Virus record (IMG/VR): IMGVR_UViG_3300038608_000026
Location: 1-58,822 of that record
DNA: 58,822 nucleotides
From: a virus
Taxonomy: Duplodnaviria; Caudoviricetes
Reading direction: 5' to 3' (one strand)
Shown: in pieces, positions 8,177 to 17,626 of the stretch
How the letters are laid out: each line of letters begins with the position of its first letter
Numbering within the stretch: position 1 is the first letter of the stretch
Program-made: the position numbers and the translations under genes
Notes under the pieces: generated by a model
What the model saw: the letters and a program-made list of their open reading frames with translations, nothing else
What the model was told of the DNA's origin: nothing
Database searches by the model: none

Positions 8177-8611
8177 ATGATTTGTAGAATTTGCAAAAAT
8201 GATTATCCGGAAACAGCAGAATATTTCTATCGACATAAGAAATATAAGAATGGTTTACAATCTGAATGCAAGACGTGCAGAAATAAAATTAAAAAAAATT
8301 ACGTCAAAAATCAAAAACTTGCAAATATAAGTAGCAGAGAATGGAAAAAAAGAAATCCAGAAAAAGAGAAGGCGCATCATTTAGCATATTACAATGTTAA
8401 TAAAGTAATCATTCTATACGAATGTCCTTGCGATCATCCAAAAAAACATAATCATCATCCTGATTATTCAAAACCCTTTGAGGTTCATAAACTATGCCCT
8501 GCCTGTCACGCGGCAGAGCATAAAAGAATCAGATCCTTAGCGGTTCAGTCCGCTTTAGATAGTAGTACCCCTGCCGACCAGAGCGTAGCTCAAAGTTCGC
8601 AGGGATTGTAA
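8177..8611 (+). CDS. HNH-like zinc-finger endonuclease
   Basis: CRIC...FY...CKTC and HHPDYSKP...LCPACH...H; start after AGAGGA. Confidence 0.75.
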   Translation: MICRICKNDYPETAEYFYRHKKYKNGLQSECKTCRNKIKKNYVKNQKLANISSREWKKRNPEKEKAHHLAYYNVNKVIILYECPCDHPKKHNHHPDYSKPFEVHKLCPACHAAEHKRIRSLAVQSALDSSTPADQSVAQSSQGL

Positions 8612-8785
8612 CACAGTAAACCGTTTGGCTCGTTTCTTTGACAGGCCGTTGCTTATATAGAGGGAAAGCACTTTTTTAAGTCATCCCTACTAATTAAGTG
8701 ACACATGATCATCGGGAAACTTGCACCGACTGAAACAAATTCGGAAACGGAGGGACGGGCGGAATAATAAAAAGGAGGATGGAAA

Positions 8786-9025
8786 ATGACAGTCGCAATG
8801 TGGGGATATTCAGACGGAGACAGGGAAATAGGTATAAACGATATTGACCCTAAAGTGTATGAAAAACTTCGTCCGGTCTTCGATGATGGATTTAATTCAA
8901 CCTATAGAGGCAGAATTACTATTAACAAAAATACGAAACTTGTTTTTTACAAAAAGGAAGATGACAACACCATCAGAAATGAGGATGAAGTGGAGTTGAA
9001 AAATGAGGGTCTTGGTGGCGTGTGA
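8786..9025 (+). CDS. Hypothetical protein
   Basis: AGGAGG RBS. Confidence 0.7.
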   Translation: MTVAMWGYSDGDREIGINDIDPKVYEKLRPVFDDGFNSTYRGRITINKNTKLVFYKKEDDNTIRNEDEVELKNEGLGGV

Positions 9026-9554
9026 ATTTAGCGGAATAGTTCGCAGCGCTTTTGCGGAAAGAGGGCATGAAGCGTTCTCCTGCGATCTTTTGCCGACAGA
9101 AGGAAATCCAGATTGGCACATCCAGGGCGATGTTTTGGAAATCCTTGGTGATTGCTGGGATTTACTGATTGCTTTTCCGCCATGTACACATCTTGCCGTG
9201 TCCGGCGCTCGATGGTTTAAGGACAAACAAAAAGAACAAGCAGATGCGCTAATGTTTGTCAGACTGCTAATGTCTGCGCCCGTGCCACGGATCGCCATTG
9301 AAAACCCGGTCAGCGTAATTTCAAGTCAGATAAGAAAACCGGATCAAATTATTCAGCCGTGGATGTTTGGTCATGGAGAAACAAAGGCGACCTGCCTGTG
9401 GCTAAAAAATCTGCCGTTATTACAGCCGACAAACATTGTTGACGGCAGAGAGCACAGAATCTGGAAATTACCGCCCTCTCCAAGGCGGTGGAAAGAGCGG
9501 TCAAGAACATTTACGGGGATAGCCGAAGCGATGGCAGCCACCTGGGGCGCCTAA
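9003..9554 (+). CDS. Short phage C5-cytosine methyltransferase-like protein
   Basis: VLVACEFSG, FPPCT (PC motif), IENP, QPWMFGH. Confidence 0.8.
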   Translation: MRVLVACEFSGIVRSAFAERGHEAFSCDLLPTEGNPDWHIQGDVLEILGDCWDLLIAFPPCTHLAVSGARWFKDKQKEQADALMFVRLLMSAPVPRIAIENPVSVISSQIRKPDQIIQPWMFGHGETKATCLWLKNLPLLQPTNIVDGREHRIWKLPPSPRRWKERSRTFTGIAEAMAATWGA

Positions 9555-9573
9555 AATCAAGAAAGGAGGAACT

Positions 9574-9810
9574 ATGAAAGAAACAAACAGCGCGGCAGAG
9601 TTTAATGCACTGATTTGTGAAGCGCAGGTTATATTCCTTGAAGCCGAGGCCATGAAAATTGCTAACAGGGTGTCGGAATTAAAGAAGGAAAACCCGGCAT
9701 ACCGTGAGTCTGATTTCATGGAACTGGCACAATATGTCAAGGGAATAGCGGATAAATTCAGGAAATTGGGAGCGGGAAAGCATGAAATCAAGGCAAAAGA
9801 GGAAGGATAA
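9574..9810 (+). CDS. Hypothetical protein
   Basis: AGGAGG RBS. Confidence 0.75.
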   Translation: MKETNSAAEFNALICEAQVIFLEAEAMKIANRVSELKKENPAYRESDFMELAQYVKGIADKFRKLGAGKHEIKAKEEG

Positions 9811-9813
9811 AAA

Positions 9814-10347
9814 ATGATTTTTGTATCCGTAACACAAGCACTTCAGCCGTGGGCTGACTTTAGCCGGATTCCGCCAGCGGTGCTGGAGGCGGCCAGCGTA
9901 CGTGGAACGGCAACCCATGACGCCTGCGCTACTATTGCCCGGGGTTTGCCTGTAATTAACCTGACCCCGGAGATAGAAGGATACGTGGACAGTTACCGGC
10001 GGTGGTTCGATTTGATTGTTGACGAAGTGCTGCTGGTCGAGACGCGGCTTGTTGACCTGGATTTCGGGTATAATGGGGAGCCAGACTTGGTCATCAGGGC
10101 AAAGAACGGAGAAGTTTTATTGGTCGACAACAAGACTCCGATTCAGTTGGCTAAGAGCTGGAGGCTCCAATGTGCCGCATATTGCGCCCTGGTGTCCAAA
10201 AACGGTATAGTCCCGGCCCGATCCGGTAGTCTTCGGCTGCACCCGGACGGCGGAATAGCAAAGATGGATTATTACCAAAACTCGTCAAGTGATTTTAATC
10301 TGTTCTTGCAAGCATTGAATATTTATAGATTTTTCCACAACAAATGA
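9814..10347 (+). CDS. PD-(D/E)XK exonuclease (RecB/Cas4-like fold)
   Basis: SVT, RGTATH, E, G.PDL, VDNKT, LQCAAY motifs; next to recT. Confidence 0.8.
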   Translation: MIFVSVTQALQPWADFSRIPPAVLEAASVRGTATHDACATIARGLPVINLTPEIEGYVDSYRRWFDLIVDEVLLVETRLVDLDFGYNGEPDLVIRAKNGEVLLVDNKTPIQLAKSWRLQCAAYCALVSKNGIVPARSGSLRLHPDGGIAKMDYYQNSSSDFNLFLQALNIYRFFHNK

Positions 10348-10361
10348 AAGGAGAATAACAC

Positions 10362-11228
10362 ATGATTAATTTATCAGCAGCATTAGAAGATGGACAAACA
10401 AAGAAGGATGAAACAATCGTTGACGCGGAAATATTGCCCCCCGGCCCCGTGCTTTCGCTTGTCGCGGTCAAACCACAATTTACAAAGTACGTCGAACGGG
10501 TTGACGGCATGATTATGGATGCCGCAAAAATCGAAATCGTAGATGAGGGAAGTCTTAAATTTGCAGTCGCCCTGGGCGGAGAGGCAAAGAAGATTGCTAA
10601 AGCGATAGAGGCTAAGCGGAAAGAAGTGACGGCGGACGCCAGCGACTTTGTCGACGCTGTCAATGGCTTCTGCAAAATCTTCGTCGAGAAACTTGTCGCC
10701 AATACGAAAAAGTCAAATGTCGACGCTATTGAAATTGTGTTAAAAAGCAAGATAACGGCTTATCAATCGAGAATAGAGTTGGAACGCCGGATGCAGGAAG
10801 AAGCGGCTAGGAAAGCCGCCGCCGCATTTCAGGCGAAACTTGACGCCGAGGCAGCCGAGGCCAACCGCAAGGCGCGGGAAGAGGCGGAACGTAAAGCAGA
10901 GGAAGAAGCCAGAGCAAAAAAGGCCAGCGCGGAAGAAATTGAAGCGGCCAGGAAAGCGGCTGCGGAAGAGGCGGCAAAACATGAGGTCGTTGCCCCCCAG
11001 GTACCAGACATCATCATTCCGCAGCAGGAAACAGTGACCAGGACGGAGTCGGGAACGTCCAGCCATCAAGTCAAGACGTGGAAGTGCTTTGTAGAGCGCC
11101 CGGAATTGGTTCCGAGAGAATTTTGCGTTCCTGACGGGCGGCTATTGAACAACGCGGTAAAAATGGGCGTCAGGGATATACCTGGATGCAGAATAGAGGA
11201 AGTGAGCGACACAAGATTTCGGACTTAA
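10362..11228 (+). CDS. Coiled-coil protein of the recombination module
   Basis: Long A/E/K/R helix; C-terminal VPREFC.PD...IPG..I. Confidence 0.7.
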   Translation: MINLSAALEDGQTKKDETIVDAEILPPGPVLSLVAVKPQFTKYVERVDGMIMDAAKIEIVDEGSLKFAVALGGEAKKIAKAIEAKRKEVTADASDFVDAVNGFCKIFVEKLVANTKKSNVDAIEIVLKSKITAYQSRIELERRMQEEAARKAAAAFQAKLDAEAAEANRKAREEAERKAEEEARAKKASAEEIEAARKAAAEEAAKHEVVAPQVPDIIIPQQETVTRTESGTSSHQVKTWKCFVERPELVPREFCVPDGRLLNNAVKMGVRDIPGCRIEEVSDTRFRT

Positions 11229-11254
11229 ATAAAATAAAAACAGGAGGAAAACAC

Positions 11255-12391
11255 ATGGGAAACAATTTACCAGCAACACAGAAGGCGGCAAACATCCGCG
11301 CATTGCTCGAACAGAGCAAAAAGCAAATGGCGATGGCATTGCCGAAACATCTAACCGCTGATCGTCTCTTGCGCGTAGCAATGACCAGTATTCAAAAAAA
11401 TCCGAAACTACTGGACTGCACACAGCAAAGTCTTTTGGCTTGCGTTATGACGTGCGCCCAGCTCGGCCTTGAGCCAGATCAATTTCTCGGACAGGCCTAT
11501 TTGGTGCCCTTTAAAGACACAAAAAAAGATATCACAATTTGCACCCTAATCCCAGGTTATCGTGGATATATTGCCCTTGCAAGACGATCCGGCGAGGTTC
11601 AGAGCGTCTCATCGCAAGTAGTGTATTCCAACGACCACTTTATTTTACAGTATGGAATCGAAGAGAAGCTTGAGCACGTCCCGGCTGATGGGGATCGTGG
11701 GGAAGTAAAAGGTGCCTATGTTGTTTTCAGGTATAAGGATGGCTCTTATTCTTTCGACTACATGTCCAAGGGGGACATTGACAAAATACGCAAAAGGTCA
11801 AAAGCAGCAAATGATGGGCCCTGGGTTTCGGATTATGATGAGATGGCCAAGAAAACCGTTATAAAACGCCATGTTAAGTTGGCGCCCCTGTCCGTCGAGT
11901 TCGCCCATGCCGTCGCCCTTGAAGACAGGGCAAACATGGGAGAATCACAGGCTGACCTTCTGGGGATTGATAATGGCGACGTGATTGACGCCGAACCCGG
12001 TGATGATACCGCAACGCTGATAAAAGCTTTTGACGATTCAATTCCGAAAGGAATTAACGAAACAATTCTGAATGAATTTCTGACCCGAACGGCGGATAGC
12101 AACAAAACAACCGTCGATCAGGTGAAACTTGAGGGTGGAAAGGCCACGGAAAAATTCTGGAAAATTTATTCGGCATACGAAAAACAACAAAAAGCAAAAC
12201 AGGAAGAAAAGAAAGAACCTGCTGCCGTTCCCAACCCGAAAACAACTGACTTTGTGCCGGGCCCCGACCCGGCGCAACTAATCTCTGTTGGCCTGGCTCC
12301 GGCTCCGTGTCCTGACGACCCGAAAACAATCTATCTCCGAAAACATTGCGAGGTATGCCCGAAGTTTGTCGGATGTCCGGTTTATTCTTAA
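11255..12391 (+). CDS. recT: RecT-family single-strand annealing protein with Cys-rich C-terminus
   Basis: GLEPD..GQAYLVPF, GYRGYIALARRSG, GPW..DYDEMAKKTVIKR. Confidence 0.92.
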   Translation: MGNNLPATQKAANIRALLEQSKKQMAMALPKHLTADRLLRVAMTSIQKNPKLLDCTQQSLLACVMTCAQLGLEPDQFLGQAYLVPFKDTKKDITICTLIPGYRGYIALARRSGEVQSVSSQVVYSNDHFILQYGIEEKLEHVPADGDRGEVKGAYVVFRYKDGSYSFDYMSKGDIDKIRKRSKAANDGPWVSDYDEMAKKTVIKRHVKLAPLSVEFAHAVALEDRANMGESQADLLGIDNGDVIDAEPGDDTATLIKAFDDSIPKGINETILNEFLTRTADSNKTTVDQVKLEGGKATEKFWKIYSAYEKQQKAKQEEKKEPAAVPNPKTTDFVPGPDPAQLISVGLAPAPCPDDPKTIYLRKHCEVCPKFVGCPVYS

Positions 12392-12407
12392 GCGGGAGGA
12401 GAGAAAC

Positions 12408-12653
12408 ATGAGTTCAAAGCGTGAAGAAGTGAAAGCCTTTAAAAGACTGGCTAAAGAATTCCCCGATGAATATGTACAGTTAGAAATTTATTATTCTGGG
12501 TGTAACAAAATTATGAACAAGCACTATACTGCCTATCATGCAGGAGTTACAGAGGCAGAAAGGGATTCGTCGGCGGACAAGGCCAGCGCGACTCCTGACG
12601 AAGCCATTGATGCTTTAATCGAAAGACGCGACTTGTTAAAGGAATACAGGTGA
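12408..12653 (+). CDS. Hypothetical protein, paralog of 13509-13772
   Basis: GGAGG RBS; AFKRLAKEFPDEYV shared. Confidence 0.8.
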   Translation: MSSKREEVKAFKRLAKEFPDEYVQLEIYYSGCNKIMNKHYTAYHAGVTEAERDSSADKASATPDEAIDALIERRDLLKEYR

Positions 12654-12988
12654 AGAATCAAAGAATAAATTACTCCCGCCGGGGAGTTTGCATGGCACAG
12701 ACCATCACTCAGGAGGAGGAATGCCTGCATTTTGCGCCGGCGAAGGATGACAAATATTATCATGTTTGTAAACATAGAGAGGAGAACGGGAAGTATCGTG
12801 GAGAAGAAGCTTTTTTAAGATGTCTTCTGGGAGAAGAAGACATTGAGCAGGTGAACGATCTCAAGTGCTGCGGCAACTGTAAACACTATACACCACGCGG
12901 AGATTGCCGGTCGAAGCATGGATATAGCCCAGGACATTACTGTGATTTTTGGTATACAGACGGGCTTACTAGAAAGGACAGAGAGTGA
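12650..12988 (+). CDS. Cys-rich protein with LKCCGNC domain
   Basis: GTGA overlap; domain shared with the next gene. Confidence 0.75.
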   Translation: MKNQRINYSRRGVCMAQTITQEEECLHFAPAKDDKYYHVCKHREENGKYRGEEAFLRCLLGEEDIEQVNDLKCCGNCKHYTPRGDCRSKHGYSPGHYCDFWYTDGLTRKDRE

Positions 12989-13016
12989 TAAAGGAAAGAG
13001 ATTGGAGGAAAAGAAA

Positions 13017-13253
13017 ATGAAAAAACTATCAATTGACGATTTAATAGCAGAAATTTGGGCGGCGGGGTGGAACCGTGATCGCGAAAAATATGAATCTGCT
13101 GCGTATGAAATCCGCAGCATGTTAGAAAACCTCAAGTGCTGCGGCAACTGTGAAAACTGGTTTGAGCACAAATGTTATTGTTTTCATAACTGGAATCCAC
13201 ACAAATATTGCAAAAACTGGGTTTCTGACGGGTTGACAACAGAAATAAGGTGA
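13017..13253 (+). CDS. Cys-rich protein with LKCCGNC domain
   Basis: GGAGG RBS; paralogous C-terminal domain. Confidence 0.75.
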   Translation: MKKLSIDDLIAEIWAAGWNRDREKYESAAYEIRSMLENLKCCGNCENWFEHKCYCFHNWNPHKYCKNWVSDGLTTEIR

Positions 13254-13483
13254 TTTTGATGACCAAACGCTGTTGGAAATTCTATGCTGAGATTGAAGAT
13301 GACGGATGTTCTTTGGGAGAAGAAGATATTTTTAGCTGCTACCTGGGAGAAGACATTTTTATCGGCACAGACGAGGAGGCAACCGCTGAAGCGAATCGGA
13401 GATCGGACGCCTACGAAAGAGAGACGGGCAGAATCATTAGCAATGTCGTCATGGAATCGCATGGAAAAGTCATTAACTACTGA
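13250..13483 (+). CDS. Small acidic hypothetical protein
   Basis: GTGA overlap. Confidence 0.7.
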   Translation: MILMTKRCWKFYAEIEDDGCSLGEEDIFSCYLGEDIFIGTDEEATAEANRRSDAYERETGRIISNVVMESHGKVINY

Positions 13484-13508
13484 TGGGAGAGAAAAAGGAG
13501 GAGAAAAA

Positions 13509-13772
13509 ATGAGTTCAAAACAAGAAGAGATAATGGCCTTCAAAAGGCTTGCACGAGAGTTTCCTGATGAATATGTAGTATTACAAACTTATTACTCAGG
13601 ATGTAATGGGATTATGAATATACATTATATTGCATATCACGAAGGAGTAACAGAGGCAGATAAATGTTCCTCGGCAGCGAAAAACAGCAAAACACCAGAT
13701 GAAGCTATTGATTTTTTAATAAATGTCCGGAAAAAATTACAAGCTTATTTAGAATATAGTGGAGTTACATGA
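13509..13772 (+). CDS. Hypothetical protein, paralog of 12408-12653
   Basis: AGGAGG RBS. Confidence 0.8.
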   Translation: MSSKQEEIMAFKRLAREFPDEYVVLQTYYSGCNGIMNIHYIAYHEGVTEADKCSSAAKNSKTPDEAIDFLINVRKKLQAYLEYSGVT

Positions 13773-13820
13773 GAGTGAAAAACAAATAATGGAATAGTCA
13801 TCAATTGATGGGAGAGAAAA

Positions 13821-14072
13821 ATGAAAGACAAAATAATTGATGGATTTTTATTACTCGTTGTAATTGTTTGTGTTTTTGGTTTGCTTATTTCGTGGGGTAT
13901 AGGCCAGAGGAACAAAAAGGCTAATTTGTCTTGGACTCTTACCAAAGCAGAACAGAAATATATCATGGAAGAGTTAAACGCAAGAGGTGCAGGGTATTGT
14001 GAACTGGAGCCAATTCCTGGTGGTTGGAAATGCACGGACCAACAGGGGAAGATTTTCGTGGTGAGAAAATGA
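13821..14072 (+). CDS. Small membrane-anchored protein
   Basis: N-terminal hydrophobic helix. Confidence 0.75.
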   Translation: MKDKIIDGFLLLVVIVCVFGLLISWGIGQRNKKANLSWTLTKAEQKYIMEELNARGAGYCELEPIPGGWKCTDQQGKIFVVRK

Positions 14073-14263
14073 ATGAGCAAGCTCGAAATTATATAATCAA
14101 CCAGTACCTCTTTGAGACAATAGCGCGGGATAACAAAGAGCCTGCGTGTGCGATCTGCGGGCACGGGGTTAAATACCATAACCATAACTTCCAGTGCCCG
14201 GATTACACCGGCCCGTCCGTTAGATGGCTGGAAACGAAATTTGTAATTAATCAGGAGGAGTAA
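14069..14263 (+). CDS. Small Zn-binding-like protein
   Basis: ATGA overlap; CAICGH....H.....CP. Confidence 0.7.
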   Translation: MNEQARNYIINQYLFETIARDNKEPACAICGHGVKYHNHNFQCPDYTGPSVRWLETKFVINQEE

Positions 14264-14266
14264 AAC

Positions 14267-14830
14267 ATGTTAGAAGAAGCAAAAAGAGCATACGAAGAAA
14301 TTTTTGAAGTAATAGAAAAACATGGCGATTTGTGCGTCTTTAATGTCGTCAACTTGAAACGAGAAGCAGAATGCCACATCTTTGGTCTTGAACTAAAAGA
14401 AAAATATGGACTCAATTTTAAGGAAAAAATTTATTCAATAGATTATATTTGTTTTGGCGAGTATATGCAGATTGCCAGATGGGGTGAAAAATATAACAGA
14501 ACAATTAGTTGGTCTGACGACGACACACAACCAAACGATGAAGTGTTATTGAGTGTATCATTTCCCACCGGGCCATACATCTTTGGAAAAGATTATCCAC
14601 GAGAGTTCTTTTTAAAATTCTTTAGCGAGTTGCAAAAATATAACCCTAAATATAAAGACTCGACGAATTATACTCTTTATTATACTTTGGATAATGCCAA
14701 GGACATCTTCAATAATTTAGATAAAATCTTGGATAAATATTACAAAATAAACAAAGAAGACTGTATCAGACGTAAAATAATAAAGCTAGAAAAAGAACTA
14801 GAAGAACTTAGAGGAAAGGAGGCGAAATAA
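14267..14830 (+). CDS. Hypothetical protein (187 aa)
   Basis: GGAG RBS; long ORF. Confidence 0.8.
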   Translation: MLEEAKRAYEEIFEVIEKHGDLCVFNVVNLKREAECHIFGLELKEKYGLNFKEKIYSIDYICFGEYMQIARWGEKYNRTISWSDDDTQPNDEVLLSVSFPTGPYIFGKDYPREFFLKFFSELQKYNPKYKDSTNYTLYYTLDNAKDIFNNLDKILDKYYKINKEDCIRRKIIKLEKELEELRGKEAK

Positions 14831-15237
14831 TGTACCCAGAAAAAGAACAACTGGAAATGTTAATCAGGTTACAGTCCGTAATAAAAGCGAACATGAAAAA
14901 TTGGGAAATAGGAGACCAAGTATGTATAAAAGACAGTCTATGGTCTAACAAACTAAGTGTAGTGATTTATACCTATAATTGCCATGACGATAATTTTATA
15001 AGATTATCGAGACATGGTGATTATGACGTAGATGACGAACGGATTATCCGTCTCCCTTTAATTATAGATCCTGTTAATCCACAAAGAGGATTGTGCGGAA
15101 TGTTGGATTGGAGGAAGTGGAGTTTTTCCTGGAAAGAAATTGCCGTTATATTTGACTTATATCATAATATTGTCTTTACAGAAGATACCATTGCGACGGG
15201 CATGTTAAAAGCCTTGTGCGCACAAGAAGGAGTTTGA
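14830..15237 (+). CDS. Hypothetical protein (135 aa)
   Basis: TAATG overlap; GGAGG RBS. Confidence 0.8.
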   Translation: MYPEKEQLEMLIRLQSVIKANMKNWEIGDQVCIKDSLWSNKLSVVIYTYNCHDDNFIRLSRHGDYDVDDERIIRLPLIIDPVNPQRGLCGMLDWRKWSFSWKEIAVIFDLYHNIVFTEDTIATGMLKALCAQEGV

Positions 15238-15239
15238 CG

Positions 15240-15374
15240 ATGAAAACAGACTGTGAAAAATACGATGAGTGTCGGAAGCCAGTGCAGGCATGCACTCCCA
15301 AATGCCTGGAATATGTCAAAAGAAAAAACTCAAGTGCTCGAAAACAAAAAAGATTAGAGAAACGACGTCAATGA
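15240..15374 (+). CDS. Small Cys4 protein (44 aa, absent from the ORF track)
   Basis: MKTDCEKYDECRKPVQACTPKCLEY...; AGGAG RBS; ATGA overlap with the HNH-AP2 gene. Confidence 0.65.
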   Translation: MKTDCEKYDECRKPVQACTPKCLEYVKRKNSSARKQKRLEKRRQ

Positions 15375-15871
15375 AAACAATAAATATATATAGGAAGAAA
15401 GAAGTTGTCGGCCAAACCCAAGTATCTGATGAGGACTATGTAGACTTAAATCAGTATAGATGGGGAGTGCAGAGAGGTAAGAATACTGATTATGCAAAAA
15501 GAGGTAAGAGTGTAGAAGGAAGAATCTTACATATTTTTATGCATAGAGTCGTGTTAGAACGTAAACTTGGTAGACTTTTATTATCTGGTGAGTTTACCGA
15601 CCATATAGACCACAACGGCCTTAATAACCAAAGAGACAATATAAGAGTTGCTTCAAAGAGTCAAAATGAAATGAATAAGCATTTAAGTATTGATTCCTCT
15701 TCTGGTTGTAAGGGCGTATGTTGGTATAAAGAGCGTAAGAAGTGGCGTTCGTGTATTAGGTTTGAGGGAAAGCAAATTCATCTGGGCTATTTTGATAATA
15801 AGGAGCTTGCTTCTCAAACCTACCAAACCAAAGCCAAGAAGCTCTTTGGAGAATTTTACTGTGAGAAATGA
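15371..15871 (+). CDS. HNH-AP2 homing endonuclease
   Basis: VSDED, FMHRVV, DHIDHNGLNNQRDNIR, SSGCKGV, HLGYF...LFGEF. Confidence 0.9.
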   Translation: MKTINIYRKKEVVGQTQVSDEDYVDLNQYRWGVQRGKNTDYAKRGKSVEGRILHIFMHRVVLERKLGRLLLSGEFTDHIDHNGLNNQRDNIRVASKSQNEMNKHLSIDSSSGCKGVCWYKERKKWRSCIRFEGKQIHLGYFDNKELASQTYQTKAKKLFGEFYCEK

Positions 15872-15890
15872 TGCGAGATGGAGGAATGAT

Positions 15891-16061
15891 ATGAAAATGT
15901 CTTGTGAGAATTTTGGCAAGTGCACACTCCCGGTACAGATCTGCGCCAGAAAGTGTCCCGGATATAAAAAATCTTCTTCCGCGAGCGGGAGTAAGCTGGC
16001 TGACGCTAATGTTGGGGAACAAAAGCAGGCAGTTCCCGCTCGCGGAAGGAGTAAGGAATGA
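15891..16061 (+). CDS. Small Cys4 protein, paralog of 15240-15374
   Basis: CENFGKCTLPVQICARKCPGY; GGAGG RBS. Confidence 0.65.
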   Translation: MKMSCENFGKCTLPVQICARKCPGYKKSSSASGSKLADANVGEQKQAVPARGRSKE

Positions 16062-16132
16062 AAAATCTTTGGGTGCTTCAATTATAAGCCCAAAATTGTG
16101 ATTGGAAATTTTTTAGGGAGGAAGTAAAGGAA

Positions 16133-16411
16133 ATGAAATTAGAAGATGCAATTTATTGTCCAAAATGTAAAGAAATGTTTAACCAGATAGAGCATGGACA
16201 TGGACATAGATGCCCTTTTTGTGGCAATCAATGTCCCTCTATTTTGGATATACTGCTGGTTCTTAATACAGCCGATATTCTGCACAAAGGGAAGTTCGGG
16301 TTCGGCATAGTTAATAGAGTAATAATTATTACTCTGCTGGTATTGGCGTCATGGGGAATCGTCTTTGCGGCTTTTTATGGTGCAATTAAAATAATAGAGT
16401 TAGTTTTTTAA
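16133..16411 (+). CDS. Zinc-ribbon protein with C-terminal TM helix
   Basis: CPKC/CPFC; hydrophobic C-terminus. Confidence 0.7.
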   Translation: MKLEDAIYCPKCKEMFNQIEHGHGHRCPFCGNQCPSILDILLVLNTADILHKGKFGFGIVNRVIIITLLVLASWGIVFAAFYGAIKIIELVF

Positions 16412-16546
16412 AAGGAGCGAAATTTATGATGAGCTTAGATAAACTGAAGTTGATTTTTGACTACATGTGCTGGCCAGATGACAAAAATGGTACAAAATGA
16501 CATCCTGCCATTGCAAAGATGTTAAGTAATATTTTGGAGGGTAGAA

Positions 16547-16909
16547 ATGGGTCAAATAGAAATGACTGAAAAAGAAATGTGGTACAAAAAAAAACATGAG
16601 AGTCTTTGGAAGTGGTTAGCAAAAAACCCCAAAAAAGAAAAGAAAGACTGGCCGGGATTTAAAAAATCTTTTGTGCCAGACTGGGAATGCTTCGCTTGCG
16701 ATTTTGCTGGTAGAGATGAAAGTGGAAGAAGTTGTCACAAATGCCCTGTTGACTTCGGGGTAAAAAAGAATAAAAAAAATCCGCCTCATTGCGAGCATCT
16801 AACCAACGAAAAAAAAAGTTACTATATGTTATGGCAAAGAGCAATAACGTCTGCGGAAAGAAGAAAATATGCTTTGCTAATAGCTAATGGCTGGAAGTCA
16901 GGAGGATAA
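16547..16909 (+). CDS. Cys-rich hypothetical protein
   Basis: H..LW.WL, CFAC, C..CP motifs; GGAGG RBS. Confidence 0.75.
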   Translation: MGQIEMTEKEMWYKKKHESLWKWLAKNPKKEKKDWPGFKKSFVPDWECFACDFAGRDESGRSCHKCPVDFGVKKNKKNPPHCEHLTNEKKSYYMLWQRAITSAERRKYALLIANGWKSGG

Positions 16910-16964
16910 AAAATGGAATCATACGAATATCGTGGCTACTGCACAGCCAAAGGTGAAGAACAAA

Positions 16965-17174
16965 ATGACTTACGAATGTATTGTATATAAAAACGGTATA
17001 GCAATTGATTGGCTTAGTCCAGTCATCAACGAAGATGACGTCACTGAAACAGAAGAAGGATTACATATTGTTTTAGGTAATAATGCTACTTATGATTTCT
17101 CTAAGGAAGACTACGATTTTTACGAGTTAGACGAGTTAGACGACCCGGACACACCACTTTTTAAAGGAGCTTAA
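16965..17174 (+). CDS. Small acidic hypothetical protein
   Basis: ORF; start uncertain. Confidence 0.6.
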   Translation: MTYECIVYKNGIAIDWLSPVINEDDVTETEEGLHIVLGNNATYDFSKEDYDFYELDELDDPDTPLFKGA

Positions 17175-17215
17175 ATGTTCGTCGATGGAATTTCTAAAGA
17201 TAAAAGGAGGCTAAA

Positions 17216-17428
17216 ATGAAAGAGATAAAAGAATTAATTGATCTCTTAGAAATGAACACATGCGTTATGTCGCAGATCCCTTCAGTTTATAAAAGAACGC
17301 GGGAGTCTCTAAGACTTGCGACAACAATCAATAACAAAATAAAGGCTGTCGAGACATTAATTGACACGCCGAAATATGCGAATGACGTTGTAACTGTGCA
17401 TCAGATTCAGGTAATTTTAGAGGCATAA
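17216..17428 (+). CDS. Hypothetical protein
   Basis: AGGAGG RBS. Confidence 0.7.
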   Translation: MKEIKELIDLLEMNTCVMSQIPSVYKRTRESLRLATTINNKIKAVETLIDTPKYANDVVTVHQIQVILEA

Positions 17429-17434
17429 GGGAAA

Positions 17435-17626
17435 ATGAAATTTTATGAATATCATGGCTACTGCACAGCCCGAGTCGAAGAACAAAGAAAGTGCAGGAAT
17501 TTTGCAGAGTGTAAAGCAGGACAGGGAATCTGCAAATATTCCCTCTTAGGAGGGTCATGCGACTGGGAACCAGATACTATGGACATGATAGTGGATATTT
17601 ATGATTGCAAAGGAGAAAAAGAATGA
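17435..17626 (+). CDS. Small Cys-rich protein
   Basis: ORF coupled to neighbours. Confidence 0.65.
   Translation: MKFYEYHGYCTARVEEQRKCRNFAECKAGQGICKYSLLGGSCDWEPDTMDMIVDIYDCKGEKE

Noticed and set aside
8569-8605. GCGTAGCTCAA tRNA-like start
   Set aside because: No anticodon or T arm; only a small hairpin within the end of the HNH ORF
9814-10347. Cas4 as part of a phage CRISPR system
   Set aside because: Lacks the Cas4 four-Cys cluster and sits in a recT recombination module
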